NCBI GenBank assembly: GCA_963778115.1
Contig: CAVZSV010000004.1
Span: 288,001-352,000 of the forward strand
Source: an uncultured delta proteobacterium
GTDB lineage: Bacteria; Bdellovibrionota; FAC87; UBA2466
Reading direction: 5' to 3'
Length of the DNA stretch: 64,000 bases
Shown: piece after piece, positions 46,027 to 55,948 of the stretch
How positions within the stretch are numbered: position 1 is the stretch's first letter
Layout: each line of letters starts with the position of its first letter
The notes under the pieces: model-generated
The model's database searches: none
The model's input: the letters and a program-made list of their open reading frames with translations, nothing else
Told to the model about the DNA's origin: nothing
Program-made: the position numbers and the translations under genes

Positions 46027-46042
46027 TGGCATGTTTTCTGCA
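46027..46042 (+). promoter_or_regulatory. Sigma-54 promoter TGGCAT-N5-CTGCA
   Basis: GG-N10-GC spacing upstream of the DUF883-like operon. Confidence 0.65.
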
Positions 46043-46115
46043 CTTCCGTTCGAAGTCGATTGTATTTTAAGGGAAACCGCCATCGTGGCGTTACCCGCTT
46101 AATAAGGAGTTCATC

Positions 46116-46451
46116 ATGGCCAATGCAAATCAATCCGGAATCTTGAAAGACAAACCCACTGAGTTCGGACAAAATTTACGTCCCGAAATTAATCGATTCG
46201 ATAAGGGTGAGGAGAATGTCTCCGAAGGCATGAGCAGCATGCTTTCTAGCGCTCAAGAAAAAGTGGGCGAACTGGGAAGCAAAGTTCCCAAAGAGGTTCT
46301 CAATGTAGCTGACAAAGCGAAGAAGGTTGCTTCCGATACTTATGAAAATGTGGGCTCGATGATTAAAGAACATCCGGCCCAGGCTTTCTTTATCGGACTA
46401 ACGATAGGATGTATCGCAGGGTCAGCCGTGACCGCGATTTTAAAGAGGTAG
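46116..46451 (+). CDS. ElaB/YqjD/DUF883-like tail-anchored protein
   Basis: IKEHPAQAFFIGLTIG C-terminal anchor. Confidence 0.75.
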   Translation: MANANQSGILKDKPTEFGQNLRPEINRFDKGEENVSEGMSSMLSSAQEKVGELGSKVPKEVLNVADKAKKVASDTYENVGSMIKEHPAQAFFIGLTIGCIAGSAVTAILKR

Positions 46452-46454
46452 TCG

Positions 46455-46862
46455 ATGCAGGAATTGAAACGCGAGCAAAGCCTTAGTACTGGTACCTTGG
46501 TTGGCGAGATTGTCCATGATGCCCATACCTTGATTCGACAAGAGTTGGAGCTGGCAAAAATGGAAGTCACCCAAGAGATCACAAAAGGCAAAAGGGCTTT
46601 GCTCGCGTTTTCGACTGCAAATAGTCTTAGGACTATCGCTCTTTTTCATCTCTCATTAGGGATGGCGTTTATTCTTAACCAAGTTTTAGACGTAACGTTG
46701 TGGCTAAGTTTTTTGATTATTTCGGCGATCGCAAGCGCTCTTGCCTATTGGCTATATCGGAATGCGGTTTCTAGGATAGATGCGATCGATCTTCTGCCAA
46801 AACAGGCGATCGATACTATGAAGGAGAATGTGGAATGGATAAAAGCCAGGGTGAAATCTTAA
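46455..46862 (+). CDS. YqjE/phage-holin-like (DUF1469) membrane protein
   Basis: LIRQELELAKMEV; two transmembrane helices; PKQAIDTMKENVEW. Confidence 0.85.
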   Translation: MQELKREQSLSTGTLVGEIVHDAHTLIRQELELAKMEVTQEITKGKRALLAFSTANSLRTIALFHLSLGMAFILNQVLDVTLWLSFLIISAIASALAYWLYRNAVSRIDAIDLLPKQAIDTMKENVEWIKARVKS

Positions 46863-47509
46863 GTGAAATCGCCTCAACACGAATTGCGTTGGGAGAGAAA
46901 TTAGACCTCTTTGAAGACCGATGCCGAGGAACCGTCGAGGACGCTCGCAGTTCGGTGGAAGATACTATCGATAACATTTCGCAAAAAATGGAGAAGACTA
47001 TGGAAAACGTAAAACAGACCTTAGATCCTGTCTACCAAACCCAAAATCATCCGTGGATCATGTTAGGAGGCTCTGTCGTTTTAGGAGCGGTTATAGGCGG
47101 ATGGCTCACGAGTCGCCCGGCGCGAAAGTTCGCTAAGACACCAGCCTACCAGCTTGAGAAAAAAGAAGCCTCGAGTGAATTCGCTGGCTATCGCCCAGCA
47201 GACACCCAAGAGCCACCTGAAGCTGAAAGCTGGGATCATCCTTCGCTGAACCCGGAACAAACGAAAAACCCGGTCTTAGAAACGATTAAGACCGAATTCG
47301 CGGACGAGATCAAAATGGTAAAAGGGATAGCGGTGGAGAGTATTGTCAATTACGTCGCCCGTCGCGCCAAGGAAGTATTTCCGGATATCAGCGACGAAAT
47401 TGAGCAGGTAAGAAAAAGTGCAAAACGCAAAATAGACGAACAAGATTTACTATCAAAGAAGAAAGAGCCCGAGAGTTCCGAGCGCGAGCCTAAATTTCGA
47501 GCGATCTAA
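46835..47509 (+). CDS. DUF3618-like protein
   Basis: EIASTRIALGEKLDLFE; HPWIMLGGSVVLG. Confidence 0.75.
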   Translation: MDKSQGEILSEIASTRIALGEKLDLFEDRCRGTVEDARSSVEDTIDNISQKMEKTMENVKQTLDPVYQTQNHPWIMLGGSVVLGAVIGGWLTSRPARKFAKTPAYQLEKKEASSEFAGYRPADTQEPPEAESWDHPSLNPEQTKNPVLETIKTEFADEIKMVKGIAVESIVNYVARRAKEVFPDISDEIEQVRKSAKRKIDEQDLLSKKKEPESSEREPKFRAI

Positions 47510-48942
47510 CGGTTTGTTCCCTTCTCAGCCCTCATCTGCTGATACGCGGCTAGGGCTTCGTCTCGTCCGGCCGCAAGATCGATGATAGGGGGCACATAGG
47601 GAGAGCCTCCGGGAGCCGCCCACGGTTGATGAATCCATCGGTTGGGAACCTTTTTCAATTCGGGAATCCAGCGGCGGACATAAACGCCATCGGCGTCAAA
47701 CTTCTCGCCTTGGAGGACCGGGTTAAAGATTCGAAAATACGGAGCTGCGTCCGCTCCACAACCGGCCGCCCATTGCCACCCTAGAGTGTTATTTGCCAGA
47801 TCGGCATCAACTAAAGTGTCCCAAAACCAGCGACTCCCCTGTTGCCACGAGATCAATAGATGCTTTACCAGAAATGAAGCTACTATCATGCGAACTCGAT
47901 TGTGCATCCATCCCGTGGCCCAAAGCTCGCGCATTCCCGCATCGATCAAAGGAAATCCAGTAACTCCCTTTTCCCAGGCTCGCAAGAGTGTAGCTCTTTT
48001 CTTCCAAGGGAACTTTCCGAATTCAGGTCTAAGCGGCTTAGTCGGTGTTTGTGGAAAGTGGTAGAGCAGATGAAAGGCGAATTCTCGCCATCCAATCTCT
48101 TTGGGATAGCTTGCCATTCCCAGGCGACTCTGGGCGGTGGGAGTCATAGGACTTCCCACGACGGCTTCCCAGATCTGACGCGGGCCAATCTCTCCAAAGT
48201 GAAGATGGGCAGATAAACGTGAAGTTCCTGCAAGCGAAGGTAGGTTTCTGGTTTCGCTATATCCTTGCAAAATACTTTTCGTAAATCGCTTTAGTTCCGC
48301 TTGCGCTGCTCTTTCGCCGGGGGTCCAGGAGGCACTAAACCCGTTCGCCCAAATAAGCTTTGGCAACAGAGCTAAACGCGCAATTTCAAGCTCAGGGCCG
48401 AGCGAAAAGATGCGTTTGGTGACACTCTTTACTCTTGGTTTGGCTATCTTGGGCAATTCCACCAGTTTGGTGTGCAAACAGGATTTCCAAAAGGGAGTGA
48501 ATACTTTAAAGGGATTGCCTTGCTGATTGGCGATCTCTCCGGGCTCGAAAAGCAGTGAGGAGTTAAAGGACTCAACGCCTACGCCCAAAGCCTGCATTTT
48601 GGTTTTGACGCTTCGCTCTTGTTCCAAAGCACTAGGTTCATAGCGCCGATTAAAGAGTAAGTATTTGGCATCCGTCTCTTGAACCAGCAACGCGAGTTGT
48701 TCGCTCACAGTACCCTTACGAACCACTAGGTCGAGCCCCAGTTTTTTTAAATCCGTGGCCAAAGCCGTAAGCGAATGGTGTAACCACCAAAGGCTTGCCC
48801 CGCCCGGAGCCCAACTGCCCTCCTCTTCGGGAGACCAGATATAGACGGGAACGACGCCAAGCTCCAGAGCAGAGGCCCTTTGAAATGCCCCATTGTCGGT
48901 TAACCTCAGATCTTGCCGAAACCACACTATTGAAGCGCTCAT
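47506..48942 (-). CDS. phrB: Deoxyribodipyrimidine photolyase
   Basis: WFRQDLRLTDN, TSRLSAHLHFGEI, WREF, GWMHNRVRM and DAAPYFRIFNP motifs. Confidence 0.96.
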   Translation of the reverse strand: MSASIVWFRQDLRLTDNGAFQRASALELGVVPVYIWSPEEEGSWAPGGASLWWLHHSLTALATDLKKLGLDLVVRKGTVSEQLALLVQETDAKYLLFNRRYEPSALEQERSVKTKMQALGVGVESFNSSLLFEPGEIANQQGNPFKVFTPFWKSCLHTKLVELPKIAKPRVKSVTKRIFSLGPELEIARLALLPKLIWANGFSASWTPGERAAQAELKRFTKSILQGYSETRNLPSLAGTSRLSAHLHFGEIGPRQIWEAVVGSPMTPTAQSRLGMASYPKEIGWREFAFHLLYHFPQTPTKPLRPEFGKFPWKKRATLLRAWEKGVTGFPLIDAGMRELWATGWMHNRVRMIVASFLVKHLLISWQQGSRWFWDTLVDADLANNTLGWQWAAGCGADAAPYFRIFNPVLQGEKFDADGVYVRRWIPELKKVPNRWIHQPWAAPGGSPYVPPIIDLAAGRDEALAAYQQMRAEKGTNR

Positions 48943-49106
48943 TTGCTAATGCTTATAGAAGTTTAGACGCGGTTTCGAAACCTATTTCCGACTGGAAATC
49001 TTATTTTCTTTATTGTGCTGCCGCAGGTGTACAAACGCTGCATAACGAAATAAGATATTCGTCACAGGCTCGCCCCCAGACCGTCTCATAAGGAAACCCT
49101 TTCCCT

Positions 49107-50420
49107 ATGATTGCAAAGAATTTTGTTCAATCGATTTCGGTTCTCCTTCTCGTTTTGGCTATTGCCTTTTTTAAACCGGGAAAACTATTTGCGGCGACTT
49201 TGTCTTTGAAACAAGCCTTACTCATCGCCATCGACCATTCTCCGGATCTGGACACAGCCAGATTGAACCGCAGCGTTACCCTGTTGCAGGTGAAGAGTGC
49301 CAATGCCAAGTTTTTGCCCTCAGTCGACTTAACCTCCAACCACGGCCTCAACAAGACCTATACTCCTGGAGGACCGACCGATCCTCTTGGCAGCCAACTT
49401 AATTTGGCACTGACGGAAAATTTTTACGATAACGGGGAATCGCTCGTTCGTTACGATATCAGCAAATTGAACGATGAAATCGCCACTCTGACGTTTCTCC
49501 GGACGAGAGAACAGCTCGCCTTAGATATGGGGACCCAGTTCTATCTACTTTCCCAGGCACAACAGCTCTTTGATGTAAAAAAACAGCAGATCGACATCCT
49601 AAAAAAGCAATTGGCCTTGGTAACCAACCACTACCGCCAAGGAATGCAAACTCGAACCGATTATCTTCGGTTTGCCACCCAAGTGAAACGCGCTGATATC
49701 GACGCTCGCAATGCTGAAGTGACCGTTCGCCAAACGGAACTAGAGATCAAGCGGCTCATGGGGATCCCCAGCGATGAAGAGGTAGAATTCGAAATTTTAG
49801 GAGAAAAACAGGTTCCCACCTCACCTCCAGACGATCCCCCTCCCCTCAAACAGGCCTACGATTACCGCATTGCAAAGCTTCAAACTGACCTAAATCCGCT
49901 CAACGTTTCTTTGGTCAAGCAGAAGTACTGGCCTCAAGTCCTGGTTACCGGTGCCATGACCTACTCCAACTTTGGATATATAAATTCAGGAACTTTATTC
50001 TCCGAAAACCAGCAATATGGTTGGAGCGTATTACTGGGGTTAAACTTTAATCTTTTAGATTGGGGAATTCGCAAACGCGACGTTGAAGTGGCACAGGCCC
50101 AAGCCCTGGTGCAAGACAATCAATTAAAGAAAACGGAGCTTCAATTAAATGCTGACATCAAGAATCTCATGATTACGATTTCGCAACTTAAAGCTAATGA
50201 TCAGCTGGCAAGCGAGCTTCGTCAGGCAGAAGAGGAGACTTACCGATTTATTCGAAGCCAATACGAAGACGGCAAAGTTACTTACCTCGATCTCATCACC
50301 AGTTTAAATGACACGTTGGATGCCAAAGTCCAGTACTTGCAAGCACACTATGGTTTGGCGGTAGCATGGTCGAAATATCACTTTTACCGGACGACACTCT
50401 ATGACACAGTCGAAAAATAA
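49107..50420 (+). CDS. TolC family outer membrane efflux protein
   Basis: Signal peptide; LSLKQAL; duplicated OEP pattern; YEDGKVTYLDL. Confidence 0.9.
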   Translation: MIAKNFVQSISVLLLVLAIAFFKPGKLFAATLSLKQALLIAIDHSPDLDTARLNRSVTLLQVKSANAKFLPSVDLTSNHGLNKTYTPGGPTDPLGSQLNLALTENFYDNGESLVRYDISKLNDEIATLTFLRTREQLALDMGTQFYLLSQAQQLFDVKKQQIDILKKQLALVTNHYRQGMQTRTDYLRFATQVKRADIDARNAEVTVRQTELEIKRLMGIPSDEEVEFEILGEKQVPTSPPDDPPPLKQAYDYRIAKLQTDLNPLNVSLVKQKYWPQVLVTGAMTYSNFGYINSGTLFSENQQYGWSVLLGLNFNLLDWGIRKRDVEVAQAQALVQDNQLKKTELQLNADIKNLMITISQLKANDQLASELRQAEEETYRFIRSQYEDGKVTYLDLITSLNDTLDAKVQYLQAHYGLAVAWSKYHFYRTTLYDTVEK

Positions 50421-51312
50421 CCATCAAAGAAATTACATGAAACGTGGAGTACAGACCCTAGGAGCGCTCTGTCTCATAGTCCTGTTCTTAACCGGAGCCG
50501 AGCACGGACTCAGCGGACTTTTTAGTCTTCACAATGAGCCCAGTAATCTGGGGGTCGTGAAACGAACCGACCTCATCCAACAGGTGACCGTAGCAGGATT
50601 GCTCACGCCCAATCGCCGATCCGTACTGACTCCGCCCTACCCCGGCTACGTAGAAAAGATCTTTGTGTCGATAGGCCAACACGTCAAAAAAGGCGATCCT
50701 ATCGTTACCCTGGTGCAGACTCTAACGGGAGCACGAGAAGAGGCCTATCCGATGAGAGCGCCTTTCGACGGCATCGTATCGCAGATCTTAAAAACCGAAG
50801 GAGAATATGTAGAGCCGGCCAAAGACGATAATGGTCTGGTTCGCATCGATGACCTGACCCGGCTTTTCGTCCAAAGCGAAGTTCCCGAGAGTGATATCGC
50901 TAAGATTAAGACCAAGCAAAAGGTGCTTATCAAGGCAAATTCCCTTCCGGAGAAATCCTTTCACGGGGTGATACAGAGTATCTCGCTCGCGGCCATCGAA
51001 AAGAAGGAATGGAGCCGATCCGCGGACCGTGTCGAGTTTAGCGTGAAAATGGAAATCTTAGACCCCTCACCCCAGCTTCACTCGGGAATGTCGGTCATCG
51101 TGGACGTTATTACCGATAAACGAGAAAGAGTATTGGCTCTTGAACACGAATACGTGGACAAAGAGGATGACGATTACTTTGTTACTTTGGAAAACGGAGA
51201 GAAAAAACAGATTCAGGTCGGGCTTCAGAACGAAGATAGTTTCGAAGTGACCAGCGGACTGAAAGAAAATGAGCGCGTCCGAATGGTCGATTTCTTTACC
51301 AAGAAGAACTAG
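50401..51312 (+). CDS. MacA-like periplasmic adaptor subunit
   Basis: GYVEKIFVSIGQHVKKGD, RAPFDGIV, GMS and VTSGLKENERV motifs. Confidence 0.88.
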   Translation: MTQSKNNHQRNYMKRGVQTLGALCLIVLFLTGAEHGLSGLFSLHNEPSNLGVVKRTDLIQQVTVAGLLTPNRRSVLTPPYPGYVEKIFVSIGQHVKKGDPIVTLVQTLTGAREEAYPMRAPFDGIVSQILKTEGEYVEPAKDDNGLVRIDDLTRLFVQSEVPESDIAKIKTKQKVLIKANSLPEKSFHGVIQSISLAAIEKKEWSRSADRVEFSVKMEILDPSPQLHSGMSVIVDVITDKRERVLALEHEYVDKEDDDYFVTLENGEKKQIQVGLQNEDSFEVTSGLKENERVRMVDFFTKKN

Positions 51313-51322
51313 AGCAGAAGCT

Positions 51323-53350
51323 ATGGAAATTTTGCGAGCGGAAAATCTGTGCTTTTCCTATGCTCTGGGCGACAAGTTCGTCCCCACTCTTAAAGATGTG
51401 AGTTTTACTATTGAACGCGGGGATTTTGTCGCTATCCGCGGGCGTTCAGGATCGGGGAAATCAACCCTCTTTTACATTTTAGGATGTTTGCTAAAACCAA
51501 GTTCCGGAAAAGTAATCTTCGATGGGACTGATCTTTCCACCCTAAGCTCGGAAGAGCTCGCGTTTTTAAGAAATCAAAAGATTGGTTTCGTTTTCCAGCA
51601 GTTCCATTTGCTACCCCGGGCTTCGGTCTTAACCAATATTCTTCTGCCCTCGCTTTACCCTTGTGAACTTCCGCACGAAACCGCCCAAAATAAGGACAGA
51701 GCGATCTCACTCGCGAAAACGATGGGTTTAGGGGATAAACTTTACAAGCTCCCCAATCAACTCTCTGGCGGCGAACAACAGCGCATTGTGATAGCGCGTG
51801 CTTTATTGAGTGACGCGGAACTCATATTAGCGGATGAACCGACGGGAAATCTCGATTCCGCCAATGCCAAGATCATCATGGATCAGCTAAGAGAGCTCAA
51901 CGCCAAAGGCAAGACGATCATTCTCATCACCCACGATCCCGAAATTGCCCGTCAGTGTTCTTCCGAGATTCAATTAAATGATGGACTACTGGTCAGCGGT
52001 AGGCAGAAGGCGGTAGCAGAGGCTCCCAATGACTCCTGGAAAGAAACAAGAGAACTTTTTCCCAAGTCCCTTACGATGGCCGCCATCCTGCGGGTATTTA
52101 GAACCTCAATTCCTTTGGCCATTGAAAATTTGAAACGCAACCGAGTCCGAGCGATGCTCACGATGATTGGAGTCATGGTGGGAATCGCTTCGGTCTTTGC
52201 CATGATCACCTTTGGGAGCTTCGCAAAGAAAAAGATTTTGGAAGGCTATGACGATCTAGGGGTCCGTTCGGTCATGATACGAGGCCACAAAAATTGGTAC
52301 CGACGCGCATCGGACAGAGCCCCCATCCCCTTTCGATCTTTCAATTGGGAAAACGATATTCTCCCGCTAAAACATGTCTTTCCCCAGATTGAACTTCTCT
52401 CTCCCATCCTAGGCTCGGGCTCAAACAACGTGAATTATGGGGGGCTTACGATCGAATCGGATGTCACCGTTTGGGGGGTAACGCCTGAGTATCTACAGAT
52501 CATTAACCGGAAAGTAGAATCGGGAAAAGGGCTGAGTCCCTATCATGTGGAAGGAAGAAGTCCCGTATGTCTTATCGGATCCGATATCGTGGAGAGAGTG
52601 TTTCACAAAGTAAGCCCTCTGGGAAAAATACTCTTTATCACCAAAGATCAAGACTTGGCCTATCCCTGTCGCGTCATGGGAGTTCTTAGTAAACAGAATT
52701 CTAACAAGAGCTGGCACAAACCTAATCTCGATATCATTATCCCCTATACCTATTTCCAAACGGTGAACCACTTTTGGGATAACGAGATCACTGAATTTGC
52801 GGCTCTGTTGAAAGTAGGATCTGATTCGGAGAAAGTGGGAAAGGCTATAGAAGCTTACTTCTCGTCAAAGTATGGAGCCGCCGGCAAATTTAATGTGGAC
52901 TCAGACACGGTCCTCATCTCCCAGATGCGGCGATTTCTTGGTCTGTTTGCGATTATGCTTACTAGCATCGCGCTCATTACTTTGGGAGTGGGAGGAATGG
53001 GAATTAACAATATGATGCTGGTCTCTATCGCCGAACGGCTAAAGGAGATCGGCCTTCGCAAAGCCATGGGGGCTACCGATCGGAGTATTCGCATCCAGTT
53101 TTTGATGGAAGCGACATTACTTTCCGCTGTTGCCGGAATGGCAGGCATCGCGCTAGGCTTCTCAGCGTATCAGTTGATTATCTACGGGGCTTCGGAAGTC
53201 GTTCCCCAGATAAAATTTGAATGGGTGCTAAACCCCGCGGCGTTAGGAGTTTCCGTGGTCTCAATTTTAATAGTGGGAATCTGTAGCGGAATTGTGCCGG
53301 CCCTTAAGGCGGAGCGACTCGACGTCATCGAAGCGCTGCGTACCGAATGA
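51323..53350 (+). CDS. macB: MacB-type ABC transporter ATP-binding/permease
   Basis: GRSGSGKST, LSGGEQQR, ADEPTGNLD and ERLKEIGLRKAMGA motifs. Confidence 0.92.
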   Translation: MEILRAENLCFSYALGDKFVPTLKDVSFTIERGDFVAIRGRSGSGKSTLFYILGCLLKPSSGKVIFDGTDLSTLSSEELAFLRNQKIGFVFQQFHLLPRASVLTNILLPSLYPCELPHETAQNKDRAISLAKTMGLGDKLYKLPNQLSGGEQQRIVIARALLSDAELILADEPTGNLDSANAKIIMDQLRELNAKGKTIILITHDPEIARQCSSEIQLNDGLLVSGRQKAVAEAPNDSWKETRELFPKSLTMAAILRVFRTSIPLAIENLKRNRVRAMLTMIGVMVGIASVFAMITFGSFAKKKILEGYDDLGVRSVMIRGHKNWYRRASDRAPIPFRSFNWENDILPLKHVFPQIELLSPILGSGSNNVNYGGLTIESDVTVWGVTPEYLQIINRKVESGKGLSPYHVEGRSPVCLIGSDIVERVFHKVSPLGKILFITKDQDLAYPCRVMGVLSKQNSNKSWHKPNLDIIIPYTYFQTVNHFWDNEITEFAALLKVGSDSEKVGKAIEAYFSSKYGAAGKFNVDSDTVLISQMRRFLGLFAIMLTSIALITLGVGGMGINNMMLVSIAERLKEIGLRKAMGATDRSIRIQFLMEATLLSAVAGMAGIALGFSAYQLIIYGASEVVPQIKFEWVLNPAALGVSVVSILIVGICSGIVPALKAERLDVIEALRTE

Positions 53351-53955
53351 AGGCCCGCAAACTTTCCGAAGAGTTCTACGATCTATCTGTTTTTTTTCAC
53401 AAAGACCAGGTAGCCATCGTCTCCTTATTTCGTAAACTGAGGGGGCATGGACAGGTTATTATCGCTATCTTTTTTTGCGTTCCTTTTCTTCTTTTCCTAC
53501 CGGTTCCAGGCCTTTCCACGGTTTTCGGGCTTATCGTAGCCGTCATTGGCATCCGGTTAGCTCTTGGAAAAGACGCTTGGCTTCCCAGCCGTTGGCTCAG
53601 AAAAAAAATAAAAGGGGAGACCGTTCGAAAGATCTTCGGCCACGCCGGAAAGATAGCGTTAAAGATGGAGAGATTTACCAAACCCAGAATGGAGAAGCTA
53701 GCGACGGGTGCCGGAATGAATGCGGTTAACGGGCTGGTTATCTCGATCAGTGGACTTCTGCTGGCACTCCCCTACCCGCCCGGGACAAACTTCACCCCCG
53801 CACTGGGAGTCGTGGGAATTGCGGTTGGAATCTTAGAATGTGATGGCTCTTTACTTATCGCTAGCTACTTACTTTTTGCCTTCAATCTGGCTCTGTTCGC
53901 AGCGATAACCTTTCTCGGAGTGGAAGGGATTCAAAAGCTATTCCATTGGCTGTAG
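53347..53955 (+). CDS. ExoD family membrane protein
   Basis: LPVPGLSTVFG, WLPSRW and LALPYPPGTNFTPA motifs. Confidence 0.85.
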   Translation: MKARKLSEEFYDLSVFFHKDQVAIVSLFRKLRGHGQVIIAIFFCVPFLLFLPVPGLSTVFGLIVAVIGIRLALGKDAWLPSRWLRKKIKGETVRKIFGHAGKIALKMERFTKPRMEKLATGAGMNAVNGLVISISGLLLALPYPPGTNFTPALGVVGIAVGILECDGSLLIASYLLFAFNLALFAAITFLGVEGIQKLFHWL

Positions 53956-55276
53956 CAGCCCTCTGCTTCACCTGGGTAGCACAAGTCTGCTTTAGTGATT
54001 GGCGCTGTGTCTTAATAGAATGCCTGAGGCGGCGATAGAACCAATTCAAATCTTCGGAACCTTCTGGAACGGTCGCCAACTCTGCGAAAAAGAGTGCCTT
54101 AAAATCTTCGTCGCTTAGGATTTCAAGAATCTGAATCAGTCCCCCCTGAAGCAAAGCTCGTTTCTCGTCGATAGGATCGATTTCGGAGATAGTGCTGAGC
54201 GGACGTAGGTTTCTTCCGTACTCCAAGATCAATTTCCCTAGAAGGCCTATCAATCCTTTCTTATAGATATATTCGGTACTCCCTATCTCTTTTTTCAGAT
54301 ATCTGGCTTTGATGGCTTCGGCAGCCCGAGATCTTAGAAGTTCAAGGCCCAGAAGATGTTGGGTAACAATGTACATCTTGGTATTCATGTCGGACCCACC
54401 GAGCACCATTTCGATGTCGGCAAATAGAGCGCTCCCCAACAAAGGGCTAGACTCGGAAGGAGCAGCAAACTCTTGGGTTAGGCTCAGCGAATTTACTTCC
54501 TGTTCAATCATAAGAGCTATCTCTTTTAACTTTCTTGGTAACAGGGCCCGTTCATCGGGATCGGTCAAATGGGGAAGCTTTTGAAATAGAGCCCGTAATC
54601 TCCACGCGTATTTGAGCTCCGAAAGACCGATAGGCACAAAGACTCCAAATTTCTGCACTCCCGCTTGCGCCCAGGGATGGCAGGCAATCTTGTAAGAGTT
54701 GGTAACCGCGATAGCTGTGGTGTTGTAGACGAGCTGAAAAGGGGCGCAGCCAATATGAAGTCCCACCGGCCCGTGATCGTAGCTTTCAAAGATACCGGTA
54801 GCCGCCAGCCAAAGAGCTGTATAGACCGCCCCATTTTGGTGGTAGCGCTCATTTACTGCGGCAGAGAGAAGCACTCTTGCTTGATTGGGGTGAGTCGTCC
54901 CCCACCAGACATTGGAGGCAAACTCTTTAAACTGATGGCAGACAAATTTAGCGGCTCTAACGATGCGCCAATCCTGGAAGGTACGTTTAGGTAGCGCACA
55001 CTCGGGACAGTCCTCTTTGATACTGAAATCGTAGAGTCTTGCAAAATGAAGGACCGCTCCGGCAAAACTACCTTGAAAGCGCGGGTCTTTATCGTCGATA
55101 GGGCAGGTGAGAGCCCCAGGGGTCTGAAGGTCTAGCACCGAATCTAAAATGCCCTGGTAAACGGCTACCAGCTCTTCGACAGTGTGCTCGTCGTGAGCCT
55201 TGGCCGCCGGACAAAAGATTAGGGCAAATGCGGCTAGCAAAAGAAACAAATGAAAATTGAAAAGACAACGCTTCAA
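53882..55276 (-). CDS. Secreted hypothetical protein
   Basis: Signal peptide (L)KRCLFNFHLFLLLAAFALIFCPAAKA, then HDEH; contains CPEC. Start is inferred. Confidence 0.6.
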   Translation of the reverse strand: MKRCLFNFHLFLLLAAFALIFCPAAKAHDEHTVEELVAVYQGILDSVLDLQTPGALTCPIDDKDPRFQGSFAGAVLHFARLYDFSIKEDCPECALPKRTFQDWRIVRAAKFVCHQFKEFASNVWWGTTHPNQARVLLSAAVNERYHQNGAVYTALWLAATGIFESYDHGPVGLHIGCAPFQLVYNTTAIAVTNSYKIACHPWAQAGVQKFGVFVPIGLSELKYAWRLRALFQKLPHLTDPDERALLPRKLKEIALMIEQEVNSLSLTQEFAAPSESSPLLGSALFADIEMVLGGSDMNTKMYIVTQHLLGLELLRSRAAEAIKARYLKKEIGSTEYIYKKGLIGLLGKLILEYGRNLRPLSTISEIDPIDEKRALLQGGLIQILEILSDEDFKALFFAELATVPEGSEDLNWFYRRLRHSIKTQRQSLKQTCATQVKQRAATANGIAFESLPLRERLSLRTEPD

Positions 55277-55414
55277 ACTACCCGTCAAATTACCCTCCAC
55301 GGCTCTGACTCCTACATCAGATACTGTCCTATTCAGATTGAGTCTGAATAACGTGGCGCAGCGGGACTGGCAAGACTTTTCCTCATGCAAAGAAAGCCCT
55401 AATTGTAGTGGCGG

Positions 55415-55846
55415 CTAGTGGCAGTCCCCGCAATAGCCGAACAGCCTGTGGTCGTGGAAGATAAGTTGAAACCGGTATTGGCGGCAGATCGTCTCTTGGT
55501 GCTGTTCTATTTGCTCGTCGCGAAACTCAATCACTTTGCCGCATTTGATACAGACCATATGGTCATGGTGGCCTTTCGGACCGGGGCGTTCGAAATATTC
55601 CCGACGACTATCTCCCACCGATTTTTGGATTAACCCACATTCAAGCAATAGGGGAATCGTACGATAAACGGTATCGCGGGAGATACGCAGGCCAGTCTTT
55701 TTAATGAGGGCATAGAATTCGTCGGCATCGAAATGGCCCCTAAGCTTCAACACCTCTTCAAGAATAAGTTTCCGCTCGTGGGTGTATTTGAGCCCCTTAT
55801 TTTCAAGTAGACTTTGAAAGCGTTCGGATTCCTTGGCTTGGTTCAT
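55415..55846 (-). CDS. Fur family transcriptional regulator
   Basis: GLKYTHER, HFDADE, TVYRT, HHDHMVCIKCG and GYCGDC motifs. Confidence 0.93.
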   Translation of the reverse strand: MNQAKESERFQSLLENKGLKYTHERKLILEEVLKLRGHFDADEFYALIKKTGLRISRDTVYRTIPLLLECGLIQKSVGDSRREYFERPGPKGHHDHMVCIKCGKVIEFRDEQIEQHQETICRQYRFQLIFHDHRLFGYCGDCH

Positions 55847-55948
55847 TCGACCCGCATTCTAATAATAAGCAGGGGCTGGGGTCCACTGATTTCGGCTTTT
55901 TCCTACCGTGCGTCAAAATGCAGGCCCAGATTCAGTTAGAATAAGCAG

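Noticed and set aside
46455..46862. Prophage lysis gene
   Set aside because: The holin-like family here is in the common DUF883/YqjE/DUF3618 stress operon, with no phage genes nearby.
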